64,000 bases of DNA from an uncultured virus (IMG/VR IMGVR_UViG_3300025894_000009) (lineage: Duplodnaviria > Heunggongvirae > Uroviricota > Caudoviricetes): the IMG/VR virus record IMGVR_UViG_3300025894_000009; one strand, given 5' to 3'. Shown in pieces: positions 23,701 to 33,326 of this stretch. The translations under genes were made by a program, and so were the position numbers. Position 1 is the stretch's first letter. Each line of letters opens with the position of its first letter. The notes beneath the pieces were generated by a model. It saw nothing but the letters and a program-made list of their open reading frames with translations, made no database searches and was not told the origin of the DNA.

Positions 23701-26700
23701 CTCCTATGGTATTTGTAATTACAGTACCGACAAGAGTTTTAAGTTGTGTATATGCACCGATAGATGCAGTAACCTCATCTGCGTCACCTAATTGACTTAC
23801 GTTTGCATCGAAATATGCAATGGCTGATAATCTAGATGCAGTATTTCCACCATATTTAATATCGAATGAAACCCCATCGAGGATAAATCCTACATCACGT
23901 TCACAATCAGCAACATCATAAGTTGGATAATTAGTGTTGACATATGTAACAGTATCTGTTATAATTGAAGCTTGACTATTAGTGATCTGAGAATATTCTG
24001 TTACATCTAATCCAGTAGTGTCGATTTCGACAAGAGCAGGCATGCCACTGATAGATCCAGCATCGAGGACATCGATAATGATATCCAGTAAAGTCTGTAC
24101 CGATGTAATGATACCAGTATCTAATCCAGTAGTGTAACCACCAATGATGGCCTTAAGCTGTGAGAATGCAGCAGACGATTCAGCCTGTTGAGTTAATATT
24201 GAAGTTCCTTCGATGTAAGCTTCTGCACTCAATCTAGATGAAGAATTACCACCGTATTTAATGTCATGAGTCAATGCATCTATAATGAAGCCAGTGTCTC
24301 TTTCGCACTTAGCAACATCATAAACAAAGGTATCTGTGAATGGAGCAATATTCCCTGCTATCTGAGTGTCAATCCAAGCTGTCAATTCACTAGCGAAAGT
24401 CAATTTGTTAGCTTGTAATCGAGCAGAACCTTCTTCTCTATCAAGTGTTACCTGATAAGATGCACCTTCTGTGGTTGGGAAAACCGAAGGTTCGAATGTC
24501 GTGACAGATCCATTTAGAACATCGATTACTCTTTCGAATAGACCGTTGACTTCTCCAATGCTTTCTACACTTGGCAATCGCGTGATCTTATCTCTTGCAA
24601 ATTCAACTGCTGCAATGGTAGCAGTGCTTTGACCGTTTGCAGGATAACCACTTGTGGATCTTAAATATGCATTTGCTGCTGTTACCGAATTATGGTTGGT
24701 GCCGAGCACCAAATCTCTTCGAACTGCATCAATGATGTGGCCAAGATCTCTTGAACATTTAGCATTATCGTAGTAAACATTCGGATAAGTTTCCTGAATA
24801 TAATCACTAACATCTGACTGTAATGATGCAATATTAGACTGAATACCAATGCTAGCAGCAATTCTAGGAGCAGTTTGATATGAACCGGCAGTAGTCGGAT
24901 ATGTAGAGGTTCCGAATGTACTAGTCGTTCCTTCTAAGACATCAATTACAGTCTGGAATAGACTAATAATAGAAGCGTCAGAGGTTACGAGAGTTAGATT
25001 TGTAATAAGATCCCTAGCATAGGCTACAACCTGAGCAGTCCTATCAGATTGACTACTAGCAACATAAGCACCAGCATTTCTTAAATATGCATTTGCTGCT
25101 GTAACTGTATGATGGGTAGAACCAGTAAGGAAATCTCTGCGTACCGCATCGATGATATAGCCAAGATCTCTTGTGCAAGTTTCATTATCGTAATCTGAAT
25201 TCAAGAATAGTGTGGTAGCAGCTGCCAATGAAGAGGTAGCACCTACAATTGTATTCCGAGACGTTACGTAATTGTTTGCGACCCAAGTAACATCAGGCTC
25301 AACTCGAGCAGGAAGATTTGCCGGAGTATCTGCAGCAACAGCATTTGCAATAATTGTTCCTAATTCTGTAACAGTAGTTGCCTCTGTCGCGGTCGCGGGA
25401 AGTCCTGACGTGTCTTGTACTTCGGCGTTGCCAGATGATACAGTCACCAGAGTCTCTGTGACAACCTGAGACATTACTTCAGCCAATCGAAGATATGCTG
25501 CTTTAGTCGATACTCTTTGTAGAGATGGTAGCGTGTTTATGCCATTGACAAAATAGAATCCAGCATTTGCCAAAGTCGCTCTGTTACCGGTATACTGTAC
25601 ATCGTGTGATATAGCATCGATGATGAATCCAGTATCTCTCTCGCACTTGGCTTGATCATATACAGGATAATTAGCTTTAATGAATACAGGAGTCTGATTA
25701 GCAATTGCCGTTTGATTCGTTACTATGAGATCATGATCTGTAGTAACTAAACCAGTCAAATCCGGTTCAACGACTGCAGGCATGCCTGATATAGAACCTG
25801 CATTAATTACATCAATGACAATGTCTATCAGAGTTTTAACTCGATCTTGTTCTGGAGCAGTAGCAATGTTTGCGTTTATTAATGATTTCAGATAACCGAA
25901 TGCAGAAACAGTAGGAATTGCTTCATCCGGGCCTAACTGTGATTCTGTACCATCAAAGTACGCAAGCGCGGCGATATGTGATGCACTGTTTCCACCGTAT
26001 AAGATATCGTGGGTCACCGCATCTAGGATATAACCAGCATCTCTTTTGCACTTAGCAACGTCGTAGATATGAGTTGGATATTGTTGTGCAATCCAGTCTT
26101 GCATATCATCCACAATCGTAGCGCGATTAGTTTGGATTGCTGTTCTAGCATCTGAACGTTCAGTAGTGTCGTATGAACCAGCATGGTTAGGATATGAAGG
26201 TGCGATATAAGCAGTAACCGATCCATTAAGGACATCGATAACTCTTGCAAACAAAGCATCAATCTGAGCATCTGGAGTAGATACCAAGGCCTTCACTTGA
26301 TCTCTGGCATACTCTATACCGGCGATCGTGTATGGACCCTGAGAATTAATATATGATAAACCAGCACTTGATCTGAGATATGCATCACCAGCAGTAATAG
26401 TGTTATGATCTGTACCTAAAATTAAATCTCTACGTACAGCATCAAGAATATTACCAATGTCTCTAGCACATTTCACAGTATCATATTCTGGCAAAAATTC
26501 ATCAATCCATGCAATGGTTTCTGCAATGATAAAGTCTCGGTTTAACTGTAATTGTTCTCTGGCATATCTTCTATTGGTGTCAACGCCTGGATCTGTCCAT
26601 ACAAGAGGATCGGCCGTATCGTTGGCGATGATATCATTGATTTCATCTATAGATGCATTTACTCTTGTAAGAGAAGGACCATCTGATACTATTGCAGCTA

Positions 26701-29700
26701 TCTCTGTTTTGAGATTATTGAAAGCAGCAATTGTTTGTGGCTGTTCATCAGTAATTGTAGAAGCAGCAATCGGTGATCGATATGCTCGACCAGCAAGGAC
26801 AGAATTGTAATTAGTGCCAAGGAGCAAGTCTAATTCTACAGCGTCTACAATGTAGCCAACGTCTCTCTCGCATGTCTTATCATCATATGTGTAATACTTT
26901 TCATTCAAGAATGATGATACTTCTTTCTGCAAAAATTCTCTGTTACTTTGAATTTGTTCTCTTGCAATAATATGTCCGCCGGATAGAGCACCATCACCCC
27001 AAACAATAGTGTCAGCAGCAGGCTGACCATAGATCATGATATCAACGATTTCGTTGAACCCTTGCTCTACACGAGACTTGGCATTAGCACCAGAAACTTT
27101 TCTTGCTGTATTCTGTTTGATGTAATTGATTGCGCCGATGGTTTCTTCTAACTGTTCAGCAATCACCAGATCAGTTGATACTGTTCCTGCCCTGTATGCC
27201 AGACCGTTGAATATTGAATTGAAGTTCGACCCAGTCAGAACATCTCTCTTTACGGCATCCATCAATGTTCCAGTATCACCAGAACAACTTGTATTGTTAT
27301 ATGTGAAATAACTATCATCCAAGTAACTAATTACTTCTTGCTGAACGAATGCTTTATTCAGTTGCAGATTCTGTCTTGCCATGGTCTGATTAGGATCAGC
27401 AACAGGAGATACGAGGGTTGGTAATACCGGATTCTCTAGTTGATCCATTGTGATTGCAATGGTTTCCACGAGGTCGTGTAGAGAATCAGCTGTAGCGACT
27501 GTTACTGCTGTTCCAGAAGTGTTCTGAGCCTCAGCATTGCCTGATTGTGGAGTAACCACGACATTTCTTACAACTTGTTGTGAAGCATCAGCGAGATGTT
27601 GGAATGCAAGTTTTGTTGGCTCTCTCTGTTCTAATGGTAAGATATTAACCTGATTGATAATACCAGTTCCATCATCTAATGAAACACCATAGGCACCTTC
27701 AAAATAATATTGAATTGCCTCAAGGGTTGATGCATTACCGCCGTATTCGATATCTTTAGAAACGGCATCTAAGATATAACCAACGTCTCTGAAACATTTA
27801 GCCTGGTTATATGGTAGTCCGTTGAAGGTTGGTATGAGATATTCATCAATGACATCGTCTTGGAGTCGAGTTCTCTGACCATTGATCCATACTACTGCAC
27901 TGGAGTAACCAGACTCTACGACTGGTTCTACGAACTCTGGCACCAGAAGAGCTCTAGAGTCTTTAATAGCCGTAGCAGTGATGTTTATCAGATTACGAAC
28001 CTTGCTTGCAGTAAGAAGGCCGATATCACTTTGAGACAGATCTTGGGTCTCAGCATTACCAGCAGTAGGAATTACAGCTTGATCTCTGACGATCTTGAAC
28101 GCAACCTCAGCAATATGTTCAAATGTATCTGCAGTAGGAATGACCTCATCAGCTCCTAATGTAGCAACAGCATGTTCGAAATAGAATTTAGCATTATTTG
28201 CAGAGGCAACATTTGATCCGTGTTGAATATCCCATGAAGCTGCATCAATAATGAATCCAGTATCTCTCTCGCATTTAGCAACATCATATTCTAGATCTGG
28301 ATAATTAGCAGCAACATAAGCAGTTGCTTCTGCGATCATGAATGTTCTGTTCAACTGCAAGATTGTTCTGGCGTCTAGCGTGGCAGCACTTGCTGAATTT
28401 GTACCGAAGTTATATGGATCAGCAGAACCGAGACCGTTTGCCAAGATATCAGTAATTTCATTGAATGCTGCATTTGATCGAGTAAGTTCTGCACCGGTCA
28501 ACCCAACAGCAATCTCGTCACGAATATAATTGACAGCACCGATTGTTTCATTGAGCTGTTCAGTAATTACTACCTGAGCACCAAGAGTACCTGAACGATA
28601 AGCCAATCCAGTATATACCGAATGATAATTTGATCCGGTAGCGATATCCCTCTTGACTGCATCAAGAATGAATCCAGTATCACGAGAGCACTTATCACCA
28701 TCGAATGTGAAATAATTTGCATTAAGATAAGATACAACATCTTGTTGCAAGAATGTTTTATTAGCCTGCAGATTGATTCTAGCGTGATAACCTTGAGACT
28801 GTTGAGAAGTATGAATCACAGCATTAGGTGCAGCAGATATAAATGTATGGACACTTGGAGCACTTGTTCCGACATTCACAGTGAACGTATCTTGGGTTAC
28901 GGCAGTAACTTGCATTGGAGTGTTGAAGTTTCCATCAGTAGATCTTGGATATGAATGCTGTGTAGCATCACCATCAACATCACAAGTAAATGTGAATGAA
29001 TATGGAGCAAATATAACCCAATCATCTGTAGTCAAGCCGTGACTAGCAACAGTGACAACACTAATACCACTGGCTGGATCATATGTCGCATCTGTTGGTG
29101 TGAAATATGCCAGGTTAGAAGCTGGATCACTCCAAACGATTGTATCGACATTGTCTAAACCGTTATTGATAATATCAATGATTTCATCTGCAGCTGCATC
29201 TGTTCTATAGATTGCTGCTTGATCTGTTGATATGGCTGCAGCCACCTGATTCTTGACATAGCCCCATGCACCGACAGTCGGATCTATTTGTTCATTAATA
29301 ACCTTATTAGCCGTTGCTGTATAATATGCAATACCAGCCTGAACAGAATTAAAATTCGTTCCTAAAGCAAGATCTCGCTCGATTGCCGGCAAGATATAAA
29401 GATTAGTATCTCGGGCACATTTGATGTCATCGTAGACATAGAAATTATTATTGATCCAACCAACAAGGTGGTCTTGGATATAAGATTTGTTTGCCTGCAA
29501 TTGTTTTCTTGCATTTCTATGATCGACAGGAATACCAGCATCATCACTGAATGTGATGGCAGAAGGTACTACCTGAACAGCATTTGCAGAAGACCGAATA
29601 TAAATGTGATCTGAAGTTTCACTAGAAGTTCCCACGTTTATAGTGATCGTGTCTTGTGTGACAGAGGTAATTGCTATTGGATTATTATAAATCGGATCTG

Positions 29701-32700
29701 TAACACGAGGATGTGATATTTCAGCAATATAGTTATCTGATCCACATCGGAACACGAAGCTATCTTGTTCTAATAAGACAGAAGTACCGACCGTGAGGCC
29801 ATGATTTTCTATTGTGATTACAAATTCACCAGTAGCTCCATCATAGGTAGCAAATGTAGCAGTGAATTGTTGGCCCGTTCTTTCTAATATGCCTAAAATA
29901 TCATCAAATGCAGAATCTACTCTTTCTGCACCCAAATATCCTAAACTGTCGACCAATTGATTTGTCTGATCTTTCAGTTGCTTATAAGCACCAATTGTTT
30001 CATCACGTTGTCTTTCGACTACCTTTCTTGCGGTAGCCATGTAATATGCGTTACCAGCAGTGATTGAATTATAGTTAGTATCTAACTGAGCATCATATTT
30101 TACAGCTGGAAGAATATACTCTTCGGTATCTCTGCGACACTTAATACTGTCATATGCAAAGAACTCTTCATTATTATCAATCCAGTCAACGAATACGTCT
30201 GCGATCAGTGCCTTGTTGTCTTGGAGAAGTTCACGAGCTTGTCGATGTTCATCAACGCCAGTATCGGCAAACGTGACCGGATTGGCATAGGATTCATCGT
30301 TCTCTAATATGTTCAGAGTTTCGTCAAAAGATGTATTGGCCCTTTCATTAATGCTTACATCTTGTTGAGAGAATAAACCTTCTATTCTGTCTTGGAGGTA
30401 TCGGATTGCTCCGGCAGTTTCTTCTTGCTGATCTCCAATGACCGTATAAGATATAGGGCTTCGGTATGTGATACCAGCCAATCTTCCCCAGTAATTAGAA
30501 TCCATGGCGATGTCCAAACCCACGCCATCGAGTATGATGCCACTGTCTCTTTCACATTTGACCGAATCATACAATTCATAACCCAGGCCTCCGTCTGAAA
30601 CAGGTGTCGTGAGATGATCAACCATATCATCGATAATAGCTACTTCATTTTCTAACAATACAGCAGAAAATGCAGTATTCTGGAACATTTCTTGGGCTGT
30701 ATCAGTCGGTTGGAAGAAACGTGAAGTTCCTTTTGCTCTCATTGAGATGTCACCGAACTGAGAACCTGAGTTGTTCAATGTGACCTGTCCACCGTTTAAT
30801 GCATAGAATGCACAACGTGTGAAGATAGACAAAGAACCAATACCGTTAACACCTGCACCATCTCTTGCAACATATCCAATGCCGTTTTGAGTACGAGGTG
30901 TGAAACCGAAACAAAGAACATATGTGTAGAGTGAATCTGGATCTAACACCCTTCTGTCAACAAGGACACAACCACCACCACGGCCGACCGCAGGGTTGGG
31001 GAAGTCATCGATACCAATCGATTCTACAATACCTATACCGCCGGATTCAGTAGTAACTGTATCTCCTACGGCGAATCCAACATTATTTTTAAGGTTTCGA
31101 ACAAAGATTTTTCTTTGTGAAACAAGATCACCAGGTACTATAGGTGTTGGCAAATTGGCATCCATCGTGTCATCCCACGATATGTACCCTATAGCACCAC
31201 TAGAGAATTTAACCTCATCACCTTCGTTCCAGCCGCCAGTATAACCAACTTGAAGAATGAATTGTCGACCAAGATCAGCAATCGTTCCCTTCGTGTTGAA
31301 TGGATTGAGAGGTGGTTCAACATCAGCACGTAAGAAGTTAGATAACTGAGTCGAGTCTCTTAAATAAGGTGAACGTCTGAGTTTTGCCCCCGGTCGATAA
31401 GCAACTGCGAATCCGCCTTCTGGGAAGTCAAAATTGTCAACCTTCCAGTTAGTGTATGAGAACCCCTGAAGATAGCCACCGGAACCGACCAACCAACAGT
31501 TGTTGTTTTCGTATCCAGGCAATGCTTCAATGACCGTCGCGTACTGACCCGAGGTTGATGTAGCAGAACAGTCATCTGGTAGTTTAAGATTTCCCTTAGT
31601 GTAATATGTACCAGGGCCTACAGAGATGTGGACAGCGTTATTGACATCGTTTCGATCATAAACACCACCTGCTTTTTCGAACGCCAATTCACAAGCTCTT
31701 TCAAGAGACTTGACAGGCTGCAGCATAGAACCGGGCCATTCATCTCGACCTTGACTTACATCAACGTGAACCTTCAATGCCTGAGTTACAGATTTGGCCA
31801 ATTCGTCGTAGAATTGCTTGTATGTGAATTTCTCTGTCTTTCCGGTCTGGAAGTTCTTTAATGCGAACCATGATTCTTCGTGTATATTAGGATCGAATAC
31901 TTCTTTAAGATCCATTTCGAAGTCTTTGAGTTCACCATCAACGAATTCGACATTGGTCATTAAGGAATCATCAATCGTTCCGTTTGCAAAGGACGACGAT
32001 GTTACTACAATATTATTTGCATCACTATCTAAAATGATATTATTAGATAGAATTGATTCTGATATTGTACCATTTCTGAAATCAGTTGTCAAGATGGTAG
32101 AATTGGTAATTAATGAATCATCAAGAGTACTACTTGTAAAGAGATTATTATTACCTGTACCATCCGAGAAATCGGAATCAGTAATTATGAGGGTGTTAGC
32201 CGTAGAGCTAGTCAACGCACCATTTTGGAACGTTACGTTATTTGCCACACTGTCATATAAGAATGATTCTGACCAAATATTATTGGTACCTTCACCATTA
32301 TTAAACTGTGAGTTTTCTATGACTAGATTGTTAGCATCTGAATCACGAAGAATACCGTTTTGGAAGGTCGAATCATCTATAATTGATGTGTTAACAGTGC
32401 CGTCTTCGAACTTAGAGTTCGTGATGACAATATTATTTGCATTTGAATCAAATATATTCGATTCAGTAATTGTAAGATTGTTTGCAGTAGAGTCAAAAAT
32501 CGAACCATCGGTGAACGTCGAGTCAGTAATGGTTAGAGTATTTGCTACTGAATCAAATAATTCACCTTGACTGAACTGAGAGTTCGTGATGATAATATTA
32601 TTTGCATTTGAATCGAATATATCACCATCAGCAAAGGTGGACTCTGTGATAGTTACATTATTAGCCGTAGAGTCGAATATGCCACCATCAGTGAAGGTGG

Positions 32701-33262
32701 ACTCTGTGATAGTTACATTGTTGGCAGTAGAATCTTCGATAGCTCCATTAGAGAATAGAGATGTATCAATTACAGAATTAGTAAGGATTACATTATTACC
32801 GGTGCCATCGTTGAACTCAGAGTTCGTGATGACCATATTATTACCGGTAGAATCGAAAATGCCACTGTCACGGAGTTCTGAATCCGTGATAATCATGTTC
32901 ACACCGTTTGAATCTTCGATGTTACTAGTGCGTAAGAAAGAGTCTATTATGTCTAAGCGAAGGCCGTTGGAATCACGAAGAGTACCATTTTCGAAAATAG
33001 TACGTGTAATTTCACTATCTTCCATTCTGGAATCGTCAATTACAACATCACGAATTAAAGAGTCGAAGATAGTCACACCAGAGATTTGACCTCCAGTGAT
33101 CGTGATTCGATCAAAGATTTCGTACTGTATTGCTTGTACTAATTCTCTTCTGGTGATATTTTTCGTGCCATCATCACCTTGGATAAGGTTAACGATAACG
33201 AAAAGGTCTTCACTCCGTGTATTAGCACCACTGATCGAACCTAGCTCTGAAATCTTAGCCAT
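20777..33262 (-). CDS. Giant virion structural protein (4161 aa): N-terminal beta-solenoid repeats, pectin-lyase-like segment, array of about 19-20 phycobiliprotein/globin-like helical repeats
   Basis: Long ORF with a late promoter. Repeats of YDxxKCxRDxGYIxDAxxxD, 20-aa DSTANNVTITESTFxDGxIF repeats and two ATYDxAxG..HGLT..SFxFxC..PR beta-domains. Confidence 0.8.
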   Translation of the reverse strand: MAKISELGSISGANTRSEDLFVIVNLIQGDDGTKNITRRELVQAIQYEIFDRITITGGQISGVTIFDSLIRDVVIDDSRMEDSEITRTIFENGTLRDSNGLRLDIIDSFLRTSNIEDSNGVNMIITDSELRDSGIFDSTGNNMVITNSEFNDGTGNNVILTNSVIDTSLFSNGAIEDSTANNVTITESTFTDGGIFDSTANNVTITESTFADGDIFDSNANNIIITNSQFSQGELFDSVANTLTITDSTFTDGSIFDSTANNLTITESNIFDSNANNIVITNSKFEDGTVNTSIIDDSTFQNGILRDSDANNLVIENSQFNNGEGTNNIWSESFLYDSVANNVTFQNGALTSSTANTLIITDSDFSDGTGNNNLFTSSTLDDSLITNSTILTTDFRNGTISESILSNNIILDSDANNIVVTSSSFANGTIDDSLMTNVEFVDGELKDFEMDLKEVFDPNIHEESWFALKNFQTGKTEKFTYKQFYDELAKSVTQALKVHVDVSQGRDEWPGSMLQPVKSLERACELAFEKAGGVYDRNDVNNAVHISVGPGTYYTKGNLKLPDDCSATSTSGQYATVIEALPGYENNNCWLVGSGGYLQGFSYTNWKVDNFDFPEGGFAVAYRPGAKLRRSPYLRDSTQLSNFLRADVEPPLNPFNTKGTIADLGRQFILQVGYTGGWNEGDEVKFSSGAIGYISWDDTMDANLPTPIVPGDLVSQRKIFVRNLKNNVGFAVGDTVTTESGGIGIVESIGIDDFPNPAVGRGGGCVLVDRRVLDPDSLYTYVLCFGFTPRTQNGIGYVARDGAGVNGIGSLSIFTRCAFYALNGGQVTLNNSGSQFGDISMRAKGTSRFFQPTDTAQEMFQNTAFSAVLLENEVAIIDDMVDHLTTPVSDGGLGYELYDSVKCERDSGIILDGVGLDIAMDSNYWGRLAGITYRSPISYTVIGDQQEETAGAIRYLQDRIEGLFSQQDVSINERANTSFDETLNILENDESYANPVTFADTGVDEHRQARELLQDNKALIADVFVDWIDNNEEFFAYDSIKCRRDTEEYILPAVKYDAQLDTNYNSITAGNAYYMATARKVVERQRDETIGAYKQLKDQTNQLVDSLGYLGAERVDSAFDDILGILERTGQQFTATFATYDGATGEFVITIENHGLTVGTSVLLEQDSFVFRCGSDNYIAEISHPRVTDPIYNNPIAITSVTQDTITINVGTSSETSDHIYIRSSANAVQVVPSAITFSDDAGIPVDHRNARKQLQANKSYIQDHLVGWINNNFYVYDDIKCARDTNLYILPAIERDLALGTNFNSVQAGIAYYTATANKVINEQIDPTVGAWGYVKNQVAAAISTDQAAIYRTDAAADEIIDIINNGLDNVDTIVWSDPASNLAYFTPTDATYDPASGISVVTVASHGLTTDDWVIFAPYSFTFTCDVDGDATQHSYPRSTDGNFNTPMQVTAVTQDTFTVNVGTSAPSVHTFISAAPNAVIHTSQQSQGYHARINLQANKTFLQQDVVSYLNANYFTFDGDKCSRDTGFILDAVKRDIATGSNYHSVYTGLAYRSGTLGAQVVITEQLNETIGAVNYIRDEIAVGLTGAELTRSNAAFNEITDILANGLGSADPYNFGTNSASAATLDARTILQLNRTFMIAEATAYVAANYPDLEYDVAKCERDTGFIIDAASWDIQHGSNVASANNAKFYFEHAVATLGADEVIPTADTFEHIAEVAFKIVRDQAVIPTAGNAETQDLSQSDIGLLTASKVRNLINITATAIKDSRALLVPEFVEPVVESGYSSAVVWINGQRTRLQDDVIDEYLIPTFNGLPYNQAKCFRDVGYILDAVSKDIEYGGNASTLEAIQYYFEGAYGVSLDDGTGIINQVNILPLEQREPTKLAFQHLADASQQVVRNVVVTPQSGNAEAQNTSGTAVTVATADSLHDLVETIAITMDQLENPVLPTLVSPVADPNQTMARQNLQLNKAFVQQEVISYLDDSYFTYNNTSCSGDTGTLMDAVKRDVLTGSNFNSIFNGLAYRAGTVSTDLVIAEQLEETIGAINYIKQNTARKVSGANAKSRVEQGFNEIVDIMIYGQPAADTIVWGDGALSGGHIIAREQIQSNREFLQKEVSSFLNEKYYTYDDKTCERDVGYIVDAVELDLLLGTNYNSVLAGRAYRSPIAASTITDEQPQTIAAFNNLKTEIAAIVSDGPSLTRVNASIDEINDIIANDTADPLVWTDPGVDTNRRYAREQLQLNRDFIIAETIAWIDEFLPEYDTVKCARDIGNILDAVRRDLILGTDHNTITAGDAYLRSSAGLSYINSQGPYTIAGIEYARDQVKALVSTPDAQIDALFARVIDVLNGSVTAYIAPSYPNHAGSYDTTERSDARTAIQTNRATIVDDMQDWIAQQYPTHIYDVAKCKRDAGYILDAVTHDILYGGNSASHIAALAYFDGTESQLGPDEAIPTVSAFGYLKSLINANIATAPEQDRVKTLIDIVIDVINAGSISGMPAVVEPDLTGLVTTDHDLIVTNQTAIANQTPVFIKANYPVYDQAKCERDTGFIIDAISHDVQYTGNRATLANAGFYFVNGINTLPSLQRVSTKAAYLRLAEVMSQVVTETLVTVSSGNAEVQDTSGLPATATEATTVTELGTIIANAVAADTPANLPARVEPDVTWVANNYVTSRNTIVGATSSLAAATTLFLNSDYDNETCTRDLGYIIDAVRRDFLTGSTHHTVTAANAYLRNAGAYVASSQSDRTAQVVAYARDLITNLTLVTSDASIISLFQTVIDVLEGTTSTFGTSTYPTTAGSYQTAPRIAASIGIQSNIASLQSDVSDYIQETYPNVYYDNAKCSRDLGHIIDAVRRDLVLGTNHNSVTAANAYLRSTSGYPANGQSTATIAAVEFARDKITRLPSVESIGEVNGLFERVIDVLNGSVTTFEPSVFPTTEGASYQVTLDREEGSARLQANKLTFASELTAWIDTQIAGNIAPFTDTFVYDVAKCERDTGFIIDALTHDIKYGGNSSSRLSAEAYIEGTSILTQQAESSAAFSQLKAIIGGYTTGLDTGIITSVQTLLDIIIDVLDAGSISGMPALVEIDTTGLDVTEYSQITNSQASIITDTVTYVNTNYPTYDVADCERDVGFILDGVSFDIKYGGNTASRLSAIAYFDANVSQLGDADEVTASIGAYTQLKTLVGTVITNTIGATAAEVTRAEELIDIIIDVLTAGNLDSLEALVEVDTAGYTLTEYDEIVNNQATVIADSVTWANENVPNGLGYNAASCERDVGYLLDCVSFDIQHGGNSATIQDAEMYFKNAYTTNVLPEYQKRASVRAFSHLAEVVRQVVNAETVTPSTGNPISQDIGTSAGGAIAQDAKDLVNITTNVVGESSLANLPAEIEPDTAAYDAEYVSAFNTITEVKPTLQSGVITYLSREWNGLGYDQAKCIRDTGYIIDAISHDLQYKGTAAIWNASQIYFSNAVNTLPYEQREPTKKAFSHMAEVIEQVVELQTVVPSPGNTVAQITTGIGANPLTGDRAKELGMYIANIVEDPDGDTVPLRDEPDYDWVASNYTTGVTNIEASADTIVTGVIDYIAKNWNGLSYIEDSCRRDIGFIIDAVSHDVQYGGNRATRINAQIYFENAISVLPASTRRQTADTYEYLGLLVRNIIQNNDTQDLAYTSTAQDFSQPAATSVDGARAQDLVQIIESVIRQDDISVLASQEEPDLSWIDSSLVTLGTTIDESTTTLADSMIEFIRSEFDVLDYNRAKCYRDVQYLLDGFSWDLNYDSNLASRWNAEFYFWNNTLRLPEDQRIPTGKSYRELGNICASVLQGELTGQVINSGFPSEVEVEKVKSLANIYYLTLTNNSTKYLPVRQDPSLDWVNIRYQDAKNTIESLKIGLAFDTVRFVGATYKFVDEYLTRRDAGNLLQSVRNDFEFKNTATGVGGSSKATLTYTAAFFDYKGELVFPTFNPSIQGLRYKGSVAAIADLPTTGQKPYWSYIVTPTTGDFLTNIWAGTVYYWDGLSWVNAGTNNTDLLDAFVGCWERIKTNLINNYSPDSPHDLMIEGLIGDCVIGNVLKPSTLVFGALVESIAHQFNGASAGVNRNALPLNFRNLGSAISALASVQYEDGGRIRWSGSDELNNQYFARGLRINGRTGRIEGRPFTSSVRKLARRASQSRAIV
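31950..33090 (-). repeat. 20-aa (60-nt) period repeat region, probable beta-helix
   Basis: DSTANNVTITESTFTDGGIF / DSTANNVTITESTFADGDIF / DSNANNIIITNSQFSQGELF. The DNA string aggtggactctgtgatagttacatt recurs 60 nt apart (about 32635 and 32695). Confidence 0.75.
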
Positions 33263-33285
33263 TTAGACTTTACCCTTTTATTTTG

Positions 33286-33293
33286 TATTTATA
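33286..33293 (-). promoter_or_regulatory. T4-type late promoter TATAAATA
   Basis: Exact consensus, intergenic, about 23 nt upstream of the 4161-aa ORF. Confidence 0.8.
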
Positions 33294-33326
33294 AGACCAA
33301 CAATCAAAATCAAAATATAACTAAGA

